A DNA stretch of 64,000 bases from Octopus vulgaris (Eukaryota): assembly GCA_951406725.2 (NCBI GenBank), contig OX597825.1, forward strand, positions 56,234,001 to 56,298,000. Reading direction: 5' to 3'. Position 1 is the first letter of the stretch; the number at the start of each line of letters is the position of its first letter. The notes beneath the pieces were generated by a model, which searched no databases, was not told the DNA's origin, and saw only the letters and a program-made list of their open reading frames with translations. Shown here in pieces: positions 28,002 through 43,323 of this stretch. The position numbers were made by a program, and so were the translations under genes.

Positions 28002-29048
28002 ATGGTAACCATGGATGTTTCTTCCTTATTTCCCAATATTGACCATAATGAAGGGGTAGAAGCAGCATGCATTGATGCCCTCGAAAAGCGGTCAAACAAA
28101 AGTATTCCATCAAATTTTCTCTGTAGATTATTGAGGTTTATGTTAGAAAGTAACACAATGAAGTTTAGACAAAGATTTTACAACCAGAAGAAAGGTTGCA
28201 CTTACATAGGGGATTACTGGAAACATGCAAATGCTTTTCTGCGTCATTATGCCAAACGCGGTTACAGTGAATCACGATTAAAGGAAATAGAAAATGAAAT
28301 AGCTAAGATTAGCAAAGATAGTCAAACCTACACGCATAATTTTAGCAAACACAATACAATAGATTACAGAATTCCCTTAGTGATTAGCTGGCACCGCCAT
28401 TTCGCTGGCATTTCAAAAGTGTTGCATGAAAGTTACCAGCATGTGGCGAAAAAATATCATCGTTTCAAACAGATATTTCCTCAGCCGCCTATTGTAGCCT
28501 TTAGAGGGAATAAGAATATAAGAGAATTATTGACCTCTAAATCTGACTCCAAGAAAACGAACATTGGAGTATCTGCAAGCTTTACCTTAAAGAACAGCCG
28601 CAAGAGAGGTAAGCCCTGTTCATTGTGCAACAATATGAATGAAGTGAATTCCATCAGAAATCATAACAGAAATGTTATCATTTATACAGATTGTGGAACA
28701 TGTAAAGATTCCCATTTGGTGTGCGCTGCAGAATGCACGAAACACAACTTCATTTATGCTGGTTGTACAACCGAACAATTAAAGAAAAGGTTTAATGGGT
28801 ACAGATTCGATGTCAGGCACAATAACAGTAGTTCGATAGAACTTGCTGAACATTTCGTTTCAATCGGCTGCAATTTTGAAGAAGACTTAAAAGTGCATAT
28901 TCTCAGAAAATATTCTGAATCTGCTTCACATTCACTTCTCAGAATGTATGAGGAGAAATATTTTTGCGGGTTATTAAAATCACGCCCTGGAGGAATGAAT
29001 AAGATGACAGCAGAATATCATCAAATTTATACAAAGCTGTTTGATTAA
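28002..29048 (+). pseudogene. Penelope-like RT-GIY-YIG ORF with an in-frame deletion of the RT core
   Basis: VTMDVSSLFPNIDH and FYNQKKG jump straight to the post-thumb region (RGYS, RIPLVISWH, FPQPPIVAFR..NIRELL). Then PCSLC and a degenerate GIY-YIG (LVCAAECTKH..IYAGCT..LKKRF..LAEHF...PGGMN). The G.AMG and YIDD motifs are absent. Confidence 0.85.
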
Positions 29049-29362
29049 ATATTCTTCTTTCATTTTCTTTCTTTTTCTGTCTTCTTTTTCCTGTTTTTTG
29101 TCTTTTTCTTTTCGTCTGTTATAAAATTGTAACTTAAAAACTGATGATGTCATTCCATCAATGTGTGGACGCTGGTTACTCTCGTTCATACTTTACGTTT
29201 AAATTTCTGTAATTTTGAATTTTTATCACTTCTTATTTTGAACTTGACAAAGACAGACGTAATGTTGAAATATCGTTCAGCTAATAAACTATCTTAGAAT
29301 CGAATCGCACTCTTCGTCTTGACTGTTTATCTTTATGAAGAGTTACGTAAATACCCTTTAAA

Positions 29363-29508
<146 letters not shown>

Positions 29509-29514
29509 GTAATA

Positions 29515-29549
<35 letters not shown>

Positions 29550-29562
29550 AATGATGATGTTA

Positions 29563-29630
<68 letters not shown>

Positions 29631-29903
29631 TACGCTAAAATAATTTATCAAGTAATTAACACATTGTCCCTTGAAATCAGTGAACTCATTTGAATAGTCG
29701 CTGTAATTTAACTAAAGTCCTCGCCAATACAATTCTCAAACGGAGAGCACTTAATACGGAATGCCCTTTATATTAGGTCGTAAAGTATGAAATTTGTAGT
29801 AAAGTATATGGTAAACTTTTTCAACATGGATACATATGTATACTTATACATGTACATACATACATACATACATACATACATACATACATACATACATACA
29901 TAA

Positions 29904-29937
<34 letters not shown>

Positions 29938-30016
29938 CTGAAATTTACAGAAAAACAGAAGAGGAAGACAGGTGTACAAACAACATGCAAGTCTCTTAGT
30001 TCGACGCTCAGGAAGG

Positions 30017-30054
<38 letters not shown>

Positions 30055-30179
30055 AAACATGAATACATATCCATGCACGCTAATACACATGCATATAAGG
30101 TAGATAGATAGATAGAGAGGGGGAGAGAGAGATAGATAGATAGATAGATAGATACATAGATAGATAGATAGATAGATAT

Positions 30180-30225
<46 letters not shown>

Positions 30226-30333
30226 GAGTCGTGTCTGTCTTTGTGTCTATGTTTGTATTTGAGCATATGAATACATATACATTTATACATGCATATGTAT
30301 AAAGGCATTTATATATGTGTATATATATATATG

Positions 30334-30378
<45 letters not shown>

Positions 30379-31028
30379 ATACATATATATGTGAGTGTGT
30401 GTATGTATGTGCGTATATCATCAAACGCACATGTACACATATATTCAAACCCATGCAATGTGATTATGCACACGCTAATATATGTATATATATATGTGTG
30501 TCTGTGTGCGCGTGCGTGTGTGTGTGCGTCTGTGTGTGTGTTTGTGTATATGCGAGTGTGTGTGTGTGTGCGTTTGTGTGTCTGAGCGTGTGTGTGTGTG
30601 TGTCCATCACTGCAATTCGTATTGACACTAAACGTTCGCTTGGAGGAAAACATGATTTTTAAAGCTACGTATGGCATGTCATGTTCCTGGATGTTATTGT
30701 TAACGCAAAACTATGTCTTATAAAACAAAAGAAAATTTCAATAGGTGGGTGAATGCATTTTAGATATTTTTTTAGTGTATCATCTCGGATCGTAACATAT
30801 TTTCAATATTTTATAAATTTCTCATTCATTTAATCATGTCTCTTTCTCTCTATCTTTCTATCTTTTTCTGTCTTTCTTTCCAATCTTCTCTTTCTCTCAC
30901 TCTCTCTTGCGTTCTCTCTCTTTCTCTCTCTCTTGCTTTCTCTTTCTCTATTTCCCTCTCTCTCTCTTTCTTTCTCTCTCTGTGTGCTTGTTTATGCACA
31001 TCAAGAAAGTGTTGAACATACCCTCAGA

Positions 31029-31649
<621 letters not shown>

Positions 31650-31650
<1 letters not shown>

Positions 31651-32780
31651 GCGAATGGGAACAGTAATGGGTAGTAAGAACTCTGCAGTTTTGGTTTAGA
31701 ATCTTACTAGAGATGGTGTCTCGATAAAAATCCTGGTTTTTCACTAACCTTAAAACACAAACCTCACTATGGAGTGAAAATGTTTAATATCAAAAATAGT
31801 GTGAATGAGACTTGAATCAACGGTTTAAGGATACAAGCCTTTCGCCCGGCAGGTGTCCTGTAGTTGAGCAGCGCAGGATAGGTTATCTTCCAGAGACTGC
31901 TTTTACACAAACTAAGAGGCAAAGAAGGTGGGATAAGGAGACAACTCGAACTGTAATTGAATGCTGAATCAGAAGAGAAGCCAGTAGAATTCCGATAACG
32001 CATGAAATCAAAATAGGATGAAACAGGACTATTCGAGATAAGTGAACAACAGTTAACCGACCAGGTAAGAGCATTAAGAACAAAAGTGTGGCTAATAGAC
32101 ATTGAAGTTGGAAAAATAAAAAGGAAAATATAAAGCAGTGATATACTGGCAGAACAAAACCCAGCTTTGGCCACAATTTGGAGGGTCAACCTTGAGCAAG
32201 TGACTTCACTGTAATAGAGTGGACGAAGCCATTGTCATATCGCGAATGAATTCCCTAGACTACCCCTAAAACCACTACAAGTCAAGGTGATACGATGAGT
32301 TAGCAAACGTGCTAATGTGGACACTGTGCGAAAAGTGGGGGCTAGAGAGATACAAGATGTGTTAACTGACCGGATCTAGTGGTAGTGAAGAAAATGTACC
32401 ACAAGTGCTATATAGTTGCTATTGCATGACCCTTTGACCCACGAATAGTCAAGAAGGAAACTAAAAATATAGTTATTCACAATCTTCTTAAGTACGAAAT
32501 ATCCCGGCTATGGAAAATGAGGAAGGTAAAGATTGTGCCAAATATTTTGGGGTCTTTGGAGTCAGTATCAGAATACATCAAGAGGAGTATAGAGGAAAGC
32601 TGAATAAAGTGCCCTGTAGAACTGTTACAAAAGGTTTGCCTCCTTGACACGACCAGAATAATCAGGAAAGTATTAGACAGTTGAAAAGAGGAAAGTATTA
32701 GATGCTTGATACCGTTGGCCGCAGGCAGCAAACTCTCACTATGCATTCAATACACTAGGAGTTCCAATAAAATCTGAGAT
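31650..32780 (+). mobile_element. R4/Dong-clade LINE with a large internal deletion (N-terminus joined to the RLE end)
   Basis: GLFEISEQQLTDQVRALRTKVWLIDIEV (N-terminal EQRLADQ motif) and PDLVVVKK...LKYEISRLWKMRKVKIVP..LGSL...LLQKVCLLDTTRIIRKVLD*. Confidence 0.8.
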
Positions 32781-32954
32781 AACAACAATAACAACAACAG
32801 CAACAACACCACCACCACCATCAACAACAACAACAACAATAATAATAATAACAATCTTTTCTACTATAGGCACAAGGCCTGAAATTTTGAGGGAGGCCCC
32901 AATTCGATTGCCTCCAAATTTTGTGGCAAGATTAATACTTTGATGTTATCCTTC

Positions 32955-34700
32955 ACTCCCTAGATATCCAAGGATTTTCTACTCCCGCTAGTCGGAACCT
33001 CATCGTAGGACTTTTCATAATTTACCCAAGCCATCTCTGAAATAATGATTTCTCTATTACAATTTTTTATACCATTTGTACAATCAACAGTTGTACCCTT
33101 GCTTCCTTTCCTGCATTCTTCTTGTTCTGCCGGAAAAATTCTTTTATCCTCAAGATACTCATACGGCTCTTCTGCTAATATATATATGCGATGCTTCCAC
33201 ATAAACGAAAGCAATTTATTGGACTAAAATTAGAAACCATTTTCCCCTTATATATATTCTCAGCACAGCATAGTTCTTCCTGTGCTCATCCAAAGTAGCA
33301 CGATTCAATGTTGCAGTATAGTGTTTAGCTGACTTGAGATTCTATTATGTAGACATGAAGAAGTATTTAGCCAAACATTTCAACGCTGGTTCCTTCAAAT
33401 TTGACAATAACTTTCATGGCTTCCCAATTTTACTATTCCAATGACAATGTTTCCATGTTTCTCTACGCTTTGTATTTCATCTGCCAACTTTCCAAACCAT
33501 TCTTCCTTGTTGTTACGTTCGATTGGCGAACTTACATTCCACTCAAAAATTCTTCACTTGCTTTTGCATCTAAAAATAACTACCTCATTTCTTTTATTCC
33601 TCAAACAACTTTTTCCGACTCGAATATAACAATCTATTTTGTCTGTGTTGTTCTTATCTAACATCGTACCTTTCCAATTTAACATTAACTGCTCTTTGTC
33701 TCAACTTCTCATGCTAATACAATTTTGTGTAATTTTTCAATCTCTTCCCAACCTTGCCCTGAGCCCTGCATCATGTGACTGTCTCTCTCTCTCTCTCTCT
33801 CTTTTCTGTCTTTCTCTCGCTTTCATTCCCTTATTGTTAATGTGTTCATTCTACTTAAGTCAGCCCTGTGTTCTTCATTGCGTTTCCTATTATTTCCTCC
33901 CTTAAACCTTACCCTACCGCTACTACATTTGCTGCCACACCCATCAAGGTATTTGTTTCAGATATATTGTTTGTTTGAACCATAGTTAGTACGTCATTGT
34001 ATTTCTAATTGAACTTTATTCTTATCCCTATATATATTAAGTTCAGTGTGAATTTCTCAATATCGTGCTGCGTTTTTCTAGAACTTTTGTCAAAACAGTG
34101 TATTTTCCTCCATCTAATCTTGCTATATGTGCATTCTGAATAATTGTGTTTCCTTCTATCACGTAAGATAATTCTAATTCTTCTACAACTAATTCCTCGA
34201 ATTCTGTGAATTCATCAGTTTCCTAGCCTACTTCTTCCTCTTAAGATCCATTTTCAATTTTTCTTTGGATCCCACCAATTTCAACTTCAGTTAGCCATTT
34301 ATGAATTCTGATTGCTCTCGCTTGGTCAGCTAAACTTTGTTCAGTGACCACAAAAACAACTCTCTCCTCCCTTATTTGATTCACTTTTAATAAAACACTT
34401 CATGACAATTTTAGTAAACCTTTTTCGATTTCTTCCTATGTTCATTCTGACCAGTAGTTTTGTGACAACCTGCAGGAGTCTGTCCAGTCTCCTCATAACT
34501 GCTGGATGACGGATCTTCGCCATTGTTTGCTTCATCTCTCATTTATGTCTTCATCTATTTCAACTGTATTCATCGATTTTAGTATTTTTGTTTGAAGGGG
34601 GGGTCCTTCCTTTAGAAAGAAAGACAGCAACAAAGAAAGAATGAGAGACAAATTGTCCACCAGGACTTAGGAGTTCAACCCCCGTATATAATGACTTATT
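32955..34700 (-). mobile_element. R4/Dong-clade LINE 5' half, decayed
   Basis: EQSLADQARAIRIHKWLTEVEI (~34340-34270) and the RT start FPAEQEECRKGSKGT...MAWVNYEKSYDEVP. Confidence 0.8.
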
Positions 34701-36527
34701 CATTCCACCGAACACCTGCTCGGTATATTTCTATTATCCAGAACAAAAGGAATAATGAAAACAATCTAATGAGCTAAGTGTCATGTGACAAATGAACATG
34801 ACAACTTTTGAAACCAACAACCAACAACGAAGATAGCAAGAAAGTAACTGAGTACTTTACTAATATTGTGAATTAAACAGATATTATGAATAAGGGTCAA
34901 CACTAAAAAAAAAATAATTTAGAACAGTTATGTCACAAAACTCCTGCTTCTGTTCCATATAAATTTATCGAAGACAAGCAACGAGAAAAGTGAAATATTT
35001 CTGCTTGTCGAAGTGTGCCGGCGCAAAACCGGTTGAAAGAAGTTTTGTCTGATATATGGAATACTGTGGTTTCCATGGAACGTGGAACGTCATTGATAAG
35101 TGGTTGTCTTTATGATCGATAATGAAGCTTGTCAGTAGGCTGCCCTCCAGCTTGTACTGACATATATATAGGATGGAAGAACACGTGTCATAACTAAGGA
35201 TATTGTCAGAGAGATTGACATTCCGTTCACAAAGACGGAAATTAGTTAGGTTGGATTAGAGTCCACCCTACCTCCAACCTCGTCTACTCGTTGGAAAGAA
35301 AACAGTTGCATCAAAAAAGTTAATGCAAGCATCCTTTAAGTTATATGCGGCAGAACACATGTCACGGCCTCTGGATATGTTTGTTATAGACGACTATCAA
35401 TTGCCTGTAAGAAGGGGCACTTTCCTTCCTCTCAGTCGACACACAAAACTCTGCGCTTTCTTCAGCAAGTTTATCACTATCAGCAAGTTTCAATAACTGA
35501 AGTCAAAGACTGGTGTTTGCTAACTCGATACTACCAGATGTATATTATATCAAGCTGGAAAATGCCGCACGTGTGGAATGCTTGCTAGGACCATCAACGA
35601 TAACTTTTATATTAGGATACATCAGGCGACATGATAGGGTTTTTATCAAACTGCTTTCAAAGATATGCAATGAAATTAAGTCTTCAACTGCAGAGACTGT
35701 TGAAAGTGTTAGAATCTGAAAATGATGGATTCGCTGGAATATGCGACGGTACACAAAAAAGGGATAAAAGTGAACTGACCAAAAGCCATTATAAGAGACA
35801 TGACATCAAGGCATTGCACACAAATTGATGTAACCTGCTCAAATGGCAGTAACCTCGCAGCAAGAATTGAGGTTGAAAATCTTTCTCAAAATTTAAAATT
35901 TGGGGAATGAAATAGCTTAAATGTGGAATAGGGACATGAGAATAGTATCAGTTATTAAAAGAAGGTTAGGAAGTATGCAGTAGGCGACTCGAAAGAAAGA
36001 ATAAAAAAAGAATTTCTCAGGTAGCATTCCATGGGTTAAGTCCAGAAAGTGGTGCTCATCTGAAATTATCATAATCTTGTAGAGAAAGTTTATGATGAAA
36101 CATACTCTACCAAAGAACTGAACACTGACTCTTACTTTAGAGATAATGTGTATCCTTAAGTGTATAATGATGATGATGAAAATAATAATAACAGTTTTAA
36201 ATTTTCACACTTATGCTTGCAGTTTTAATGATCAGAGTGAGTCGATTACATTGACCTCATTGCTCAACTGGTATTTGCTTTATCGTTCCGAAAATGGATG
36301 AAAGGCGTAGTTTCCTTGGGCAGAATTTGACACAAAACGTAAAGAACCGGAAAAAGCCTGATATAAGGAACAAGTATGGATGAAAATCTAAAATGATAAA
36401 ATACTGAGATTACAAAATAGTGCAACTGATGTATTGAACTGAAATGAAGCATGTGTTTCAGTGAAACATCAATGATCTCAGGCATAAGTACAGACGCTCG
36501 TATCTAGATTGCATTATACTGACACAG

Positions 36528-36740
36528 AAGGCGGCGAGCTGGCGGGTTCGCTAGCAAGCCGGACAAAATGCATAACAGCATCTCGTCCGTCTGTACGTTC
36601 TGAGTTCAAATTCCGCCGAGGTCGACTTTGTATTTCATCCTTTCGGGGTTGAAATAAGTACTAGTTGATCAGTGGGGACGATGTAATCGACTTACCCTCT
36701 ATCCTGAGTTTTCTGGCTTTGTATCTGAATTCGAAACTTA
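36528..36740 (+). mobile_element. SINE family A (an older inverted copy lies at ~36193-36345)
   Basis: Head ggcggcgagctggc, then ctgagttcaaattccgccgaggtcgactttgtatttcatcctttcgggg. Confidence 0.85.
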
Positions 36741-36936
36741 TATATTGACATTAGCTACACACTATACTTAGTGAGAGTCAAGCGAGAGAGAGAGAGATAC
36801 ATGTGTATGTGTGTGTGCCTCTTATACCAGTCGACGTCCGGTGTTTATTTTGTTTACTTCTCCATAACCTAAAGATTTGACAAAGAAGATAAAGTTCTAC
36901 ATGTACAACTATAATATACGCAGTCAGTCACCCCAC

Positions 36937-36969
<33 letters not shown>

Positions 36970-36971
<2 letters not shown>

Positions 36972-37259
36972 GACTCTCCCGTCGTATGAGGGTTCGATAA
37001 TTTTTTACCAAACAACAACTCAAATCATTAGTTTATAGTGATCAAATGTTTGTGTACACGTAAGCTCATCCCTCTCTATCAAATTGACATTACCTGTACA
37101 GGTGCAACGGCTGCCACATGCCATATGACAGAATGATCGCAGAGAAATGTGAAATGAAGTGCTTTGCTCAAGAGCACAACGAAACATCCGGTCTGAGAAT
37201 CGAACCCACGATCCCGCAGACCTGAGTGCAACACCTTAACCAGTGAGCCATGTGCCTTC
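36970..37259 (-). mobile_element. tRNA-derived SINE with a family C-like head and a different 3' body
   Basis: Reverse complement starts gaaggcacatggctcactggttaagg...ggttcgattc...tgctcttgagcaaagcact. Its 3' part matches 52875-52950. Confidence 0.7.
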
Positions 37260-37415
37260 AGCCTCCAACTCACACATTTATATTTATAAGTATGTATATG
37301 AATTTATGAAAAGTAGATTCAAAACCTTTGAGAAGCTCTCTTAGATATGCGATTTAATCGAATATATGCATAAATTTACCAGGAGATACACAGACACAGA
37401 CACACAAACACACAA

Positions 37416-37529
<114 letters not shown>

Positions 37530-37583
37530 GTATGTGCGTGTGTGTGTTGTGCGAGACACAAAAACATTTACAGATGTAGATTT

Positions 37584-37614
<31 letters not shown>

Positions 37615-37837
37615 CACTTCGCAGGCCATATATTTATTGAATTATTTATATTACATATATACAGGAAAATACATACATATTATTAGGAGTACATGTAAAT
37701 TATATAATTCACATAATAATAATATACATGTTACGTTAAAAAAATATATGTATATATACATACACACACATATATATATATACATATAAAAATGCTACAT
37801 GTACTACTGAGTTGTTCATATAATACTGTATATATAC

Positions 37838-37883
<46 letters not shown>

Positions 37884-37940
37884 ATACTTACAAATAAATG
37901 GATATATATATATATATACATACAGGTATATGTGTGTGTG

Positions 37941-37983
<43 letters not shown>

Positions 37984-38209
37984 ATATGCACACACGCTCA
38001 CACGTGCACACACATATATATGCAGACACAGAAATTTGAGTACATTTACTCATATACACGCTTGAGTTATTCTGCCTAAATATTTGTTGGCAGGTGGCCT
38101 ACATTCATATTAAATATGTATGTGCATGTGAGTACATGTACATGTGCACTTATGTATATACATGCACGGATATATATATAAATATGATATATTTATACGC
38201 ACAGATATA

Positions 38210-38272
<63 letters not shown>

Positions 38273-38330
38273 ATGTATATGCACAAATATACGTATGAAT
38301 GCATACGCGCGCACAGACACACCCGCAAAG

Positions 38331-38379
<49 letters not shown>

Positions 38380-38692
38380 GTCACAAATGCATTCAACAGC
38401 AACAGATTCTCTGTACGTGTGTAGTTGGGTGTGTGCGTCCGTGTGTCCGTGCGTGTGAGTGTGGGGGTGTGTGGGTGTGGGGGTGTGTGGGTGTGGGGGT
38501 GTTTACTTCTTGTTACATCTGGTTAATATCTGTGCAGTTGTAGCCAGTAGCTTTGAATATCCCACATCATAAACACGTGACCGATCTTCTTAGTTCCTGA
38601 AACCAACCAAGAAAATATATGCCTTTGTTGTTATTCGCGATGATGATGAGGATGATGATGACGATGACGATGATGATGATGACGATGATGAC

Positions 38693-38735
<43 letters not shown>

Positions 38736-39253
38736 TTGATGGTGCTGCTGCTGCTGCTGTTGCTGGTGGTGGTGCTGGTGGTGCTTGTTCTGGTGCTGGT
38801 GATGGTGATGATTATGATGATGATATTGTTGATATTTTTCGCACATTACTCGTGGTTTTCCTGCTCACATAACATTTGATATCATCATATAACTCTATAA
38901 GCATACTTTATACTTTACGAGTAAGTACTCACATCTATACATATATTTATAATATATGTGTATGTGTGTGTGAGGTATTTATCTACACATATGGTTATGC
39001 ACTTACAGGTTTCTATAGCATTTCAAATATATATATATATATATATTATCAAAACAAAAAGTAGAACAAGAATGTAACAGACAACAAAATATTCAGATAG
39101 TTTGATGATAAAAAAAAGGACAAGAAATATATATACGTACATACATATATAAACTCACACATATATTTGTGGATGTATATGTAACATATATATATATATA
39201 TATGTACGTGTATACACACATATGTTTCTAAATATATAATACGTGAATACATA

Positions 39254-39304
<51 letters not shown>

Positions 39305-39466
39305 GTATGCATATACATATATGTATATGCATACATATATACATGCATGCACACACACACACACATATATACTTCCATATATAATATATACAATAAATGG
39401 CGGTGCCCCAGCATGGCAACAGCTCATGAGCTGAAACTAGAATCAATCAATCAATCAATCATATAC

Positions 39467-39572
<106 letters not shown>

Positions 39573-41169
39573 GTATATGTACATATATATGCATATATAT
39601 TCTGGGCTGCCAGAATCATCAGCACCTTGGGCAAAATTCTTAACGCCATTTTGTCTGTCTTTACGTTAAGGTGGCGAGCTTGAAGAATCGTTAGCGCGTC
39701 GGTGAAAATGCTTAGCGGCGTTTCATCCATCTTTATATACTGAGTTCAAATTCCGCCAGAAGAAGAAAACAAATTTAGTTTTTCAGCTGAATACACTTGC
39801 CTTTTAACGAGAAATCATTACTTTGAACAATTTCAATGTCATGATTAACGACAGCAGCAAAACTACGGCAGTAATACATACATAGCACACGCGTTGCCGC
39901 TAGCGTCTTAGTAAGTTGTTGAAAAAGCAGTTCCAGCCATCCTTGCAATAATAATTACCAATTACCCTAAGTGAAAAAAAAGTAAGTACTTGGTACAACT
40001 ACGTGACAAAGAAAGTTGCATCCCTACTCAATCGCTTGTCAAAATGTTTCTAAAAATCACATCTTAGTTTCTCGGAGACACAGAAGACCTGATGTCCACG
40101 AATGAGCATTTACAGGTAGCTCTGGTTAAAGATGCAGAACATCTTCTGTATCAGCCAAATAAAACACTGCGGAGCTATCGTTTAAATTCAAAGCTGAAAA
40201 CAAACAAAGAATCCGGTCAAGTTGCACCGCTGCACATCAATCCAAAGATTCAGGCCATTATATTCAATACAAAGGCCAAAATAAAGGATGTTGGCGATGA
40301 TGTTGGTGTTAGTTTGTTGCCGACTGTTGTACCTCATTGATTACACTCTACAGACTGCGAAGTAACCAAGAAAGATATTTGATCGAGTGAGCTAATATGG
40401 ATATGAAAGTTCTCATGCATGACTTTAGAAAGGCACAGAACCATTCCGATTCTGTGTTTGTTTGGGAATATAGAGTGGCGCAGACTAGATAGCCTCGCTG
40501 ATAGCTGCCCCGATTATGGAGGTAATGATACCTTGAGGGCTTGTTTTAGCCGAGAAGATCGTACAAAACAGAATGCTATAACATCAGGCCACAGTACAGG
40601 CTATTTCTTACGGTCCCACTGATCACGCTTCTGGAATAACAGAAAAGATCTCTTTATTCTTTGTCCAAAGACGTGACAAATAGGAAGTTGATTCTAATCC
40701 GACTAGGAAATCCGGGACAGAAGAAGAGACCACTTCCCAATAGCAGCATCAATCTTTTTAAAATGATCTAAGCCGCGTGTTAGAAGATTTTTCTAAACGT
40801 CTTCATGTTTCTTTAAAATTATTTTTAATTATAAATTCACCTAATAATTTTGTATAACCTTTTAGCGTGCATTTAAAGTTCTTAATATCTTGTGTGATAC
40901 TTCATCATTTTATATGACTATTGGACATCCTTACATATTTCTGTAAACCCTTCGTAAAAATTAGCTGTTATGTGTGAAAAACCATTTATTCATACATGTT
41001 GTGGACAGATCATGAGCGACTTTTACAACAAATTGTTAGCCATACCCAGCGACTAAAAGTCCTGCAATACTCTTCCGTTAGCTCTATTTCTAGTACCTTC
41101 TTTAGCACCATTGCAGTTCCTTATCCAGTTTCAGTAATAATGTTCAAATTTCAATCACAATTTTCATCA

Positions 41170-41830
41170 ACCATCATTTCATTGTATTTGTAATTGGGCT
41201 CTACCATTGGCACAATTTTAATTTTACCCAGGTAACGCATTCTTTCAACGTCTTTGTTAATATATTTGCATCCTCAATTTAAAAAAATTTTAAATATTGT
41301 TTATACAACTGTCATCTCGAATTCTATATGCAGTGATACTATATATCTATTATTACAAAATGTCTTTCCTAATCGTTGATAGCAATAATGTCTGGTCCTC
41401 TTGTCGCAGTTACTTGATTACAATTAAACATTAAAATCTTGCATTTTTGCATCCTCATTTCCTTGTTCATCATAAGGTGCCATTTCTCAGCTTCGTCCAA
41501 ATATTTTTTAACGTAGTCTCCAATGAATAATGCATGAAATATTGTTGTGCCTCTTTTCCTATTCTCTTTGTGCAAGTTTACGGCATTCGTTCACGCCTTA
41601 TCTAACTCTTTAACCTCTTCCATCACAAGCTCTATATAAGAATGATTCGACGTTCTTAAGACCGTGACGTATCACATAGATCATTTTAATTGTTTGTTCT
41701 CGTGCTGCATCGATTAATGTTTCAGATCCAATCTTTGGATCTCATGTTCACAGCCATTCCCATGTCCATTGGTTATCCTCACCTTTGCTTATATTTCTGA
41801 CAAACTATCCAAACATAGCTTCATCATTCC
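41170..41830 (-). mobile_element. R4/Dong-clade LINE C-terminal remnant
   Basis: TWEWL...SETLIDAAREQTI...ECRKLAQRE*EKRHNNI..IIHWRL...KCKILM...QVTATRGPDIIAIND. Confidence 0.75.
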
Positions 41831-42864
41831 ACTATATTTCGTTTTACCTTAAATGTGATTATTCACTACTCGTCCTTTCCATGTTTATCGTTAATGAAAA
41901 ATTCTTTTTTTATATTGTACGGTTTGGGACATTGACGTACCGTCTCCCACACACTCACATACGCGAGTCTATCACATGTAGACTCATTTAACTTGAAATA
42001 CAAAAAAAAATCTACTTTTCGTTGGACAAGCTTTTATATTTTACTTCTATAACAGCATGAATTCTTTATCTGGCTTTACTGTCCCAAGCAGTTGGAATGT
42101 ATTTTCGAAAATTTTTCTTACAAAAACATCAATTTATAAAACAAAATTAACAAACAGCATGAAGATAAACGTCAATCAGCAAAGATGACAGCAACAGAAT
42201 TAATATATCTTTTGTTAATGTTACAAACCAGACGAATTGTGAATAGTGTCTTCAAAGCAGTTGGAGGAAGTTCTGGCTTTATCATGAAATAGTGTTTTCC
42301 ATCGAACGAGGAATGCCAGGAGTAAGTATATAGCTGGATTTTATGATCAAGTATGAAATCAGATGACAGGTTAAATTGGAAACGATTATAATATTTGTAC
42401 TGCAATACATGGAGTGATGGAATGCAATGGTCAGAGAAGTGGATATTAGTAGTGAAGTTCATTCTTAAATAAAATTAGCAGTGCAGTAAAGGAATATTGT
42501 GAGAACTGAAGAAACTAGAAATGACATTGTCCTGTTAGAGATTTAAAAGGAAGGGTGTTACATTCTTGTTTTTTTTTTAAAGTACATTAAGTCAATTTTG
42601 TGCACTTCTAGCATATTATAAAAGCCGCTTAGTTAAAACCTAATTCGAGATACTTTTGTAATCCAAGGACAGACTAATTGTGTTTGTCTACTTTCGGGTA
42701 ATCTAAATCCATCTTGTTAACAAGGATATAGTTAATAATTTGTAGACGTTAAAAATATCTCACCACCATTTTATTCTACTACATAGATCCAGTCGTTTCT
42801 TTGTAAATGATCACTAGTTGGACAATATTCGAGTGAGTAGTTTATAAATTAATGTTTAATAGGT

Positions 42865-43105
42865 GAAGGGTTGGTAGTTAGGTGGACTAGTAGTTTTATT
42901 AGTCTGTAGTTAGGTCGGAAGTTAGATAGATTGGTTAGTATTTAGACAGATCAATAGTCAAGTCAGTAGTTAGGTAGGTTAGTAGTAACATTGATCAATA
43001 GTTACATAGGCCAGCACTTGACATTGGTCGGTAGTTAGATATGTCAGTATTTAGAAGGGTCGATCAGTAGGCAGATGAGGGATTAGAAGTTAGGTGAGGT
43101 TTTAG
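42865..43105. repeat. Degenerate short-period minisatellite (gtcagtagttaggtag-like)
   Basis: Recurring gtagttagg and gtcagtag words. Confidence 0.6.
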
Positions 43106-43323
43106 TCACACGAATCATGCTGATTTTTTTCTTGAGGTTCATTGTAAAGGAATATTGTTATTATTATTGAGAGGTAATATTTATTCCCACTTAAACATGG
43201 ATGTTTTATCACAACAAACTTTACTGCGGTAGATACCATGAGAGAAACTGTCATATAGGCCTTTGATGCAAAATGCTCGGTTGTTTTGCATCGCTGGCAG
43301 GGAAATAAACTCCAGCGCCGAGA

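Larger units (their letters stand above)
27308..29360 (+). mobile_element. Penelope-like element (Neptune-type) with inverted pseudo-LTRs (27308-27562 inverted; 29079-29327)
   Basis: Termini are diverged reverse complements (MNESNQRPH.DGMTSSVFKLQ appears on both strands in the ORF track). They enclose an RT/GIY-YIG ORF and lie within (AAT)n. Confidence 0.85.

Noticed and set aside
29141-29165. CTGATGA in the PLE terminus (mirror at ~27490)
   Set aside because: No stem II/GAAA partner nearby. The better HHR candidate is the U3:A8 motif 100 bp downstream.
34620-34740. Possible HDV-like ribozyme at the Dong 5' end
   Set aside because: Plausible for RLE-clade LINEs, but I could not fold a convincing nested double pseudoknot by eye.
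39598-39630. Minus-strand CTGATGA-TTCTGG/CCAGAA hairpin resembling an HHR 5' half
   Set aside because: No GAAA or stem III. The sequence is a mutated family A SINE head.
41715-41750. GATCCAA/TTGGATC hairpin next to GAAAC (minus strand)
   Set aside because: It lies within Dong coding sequence (SET..AA.EQ region) and lacks a CUGANGA box.
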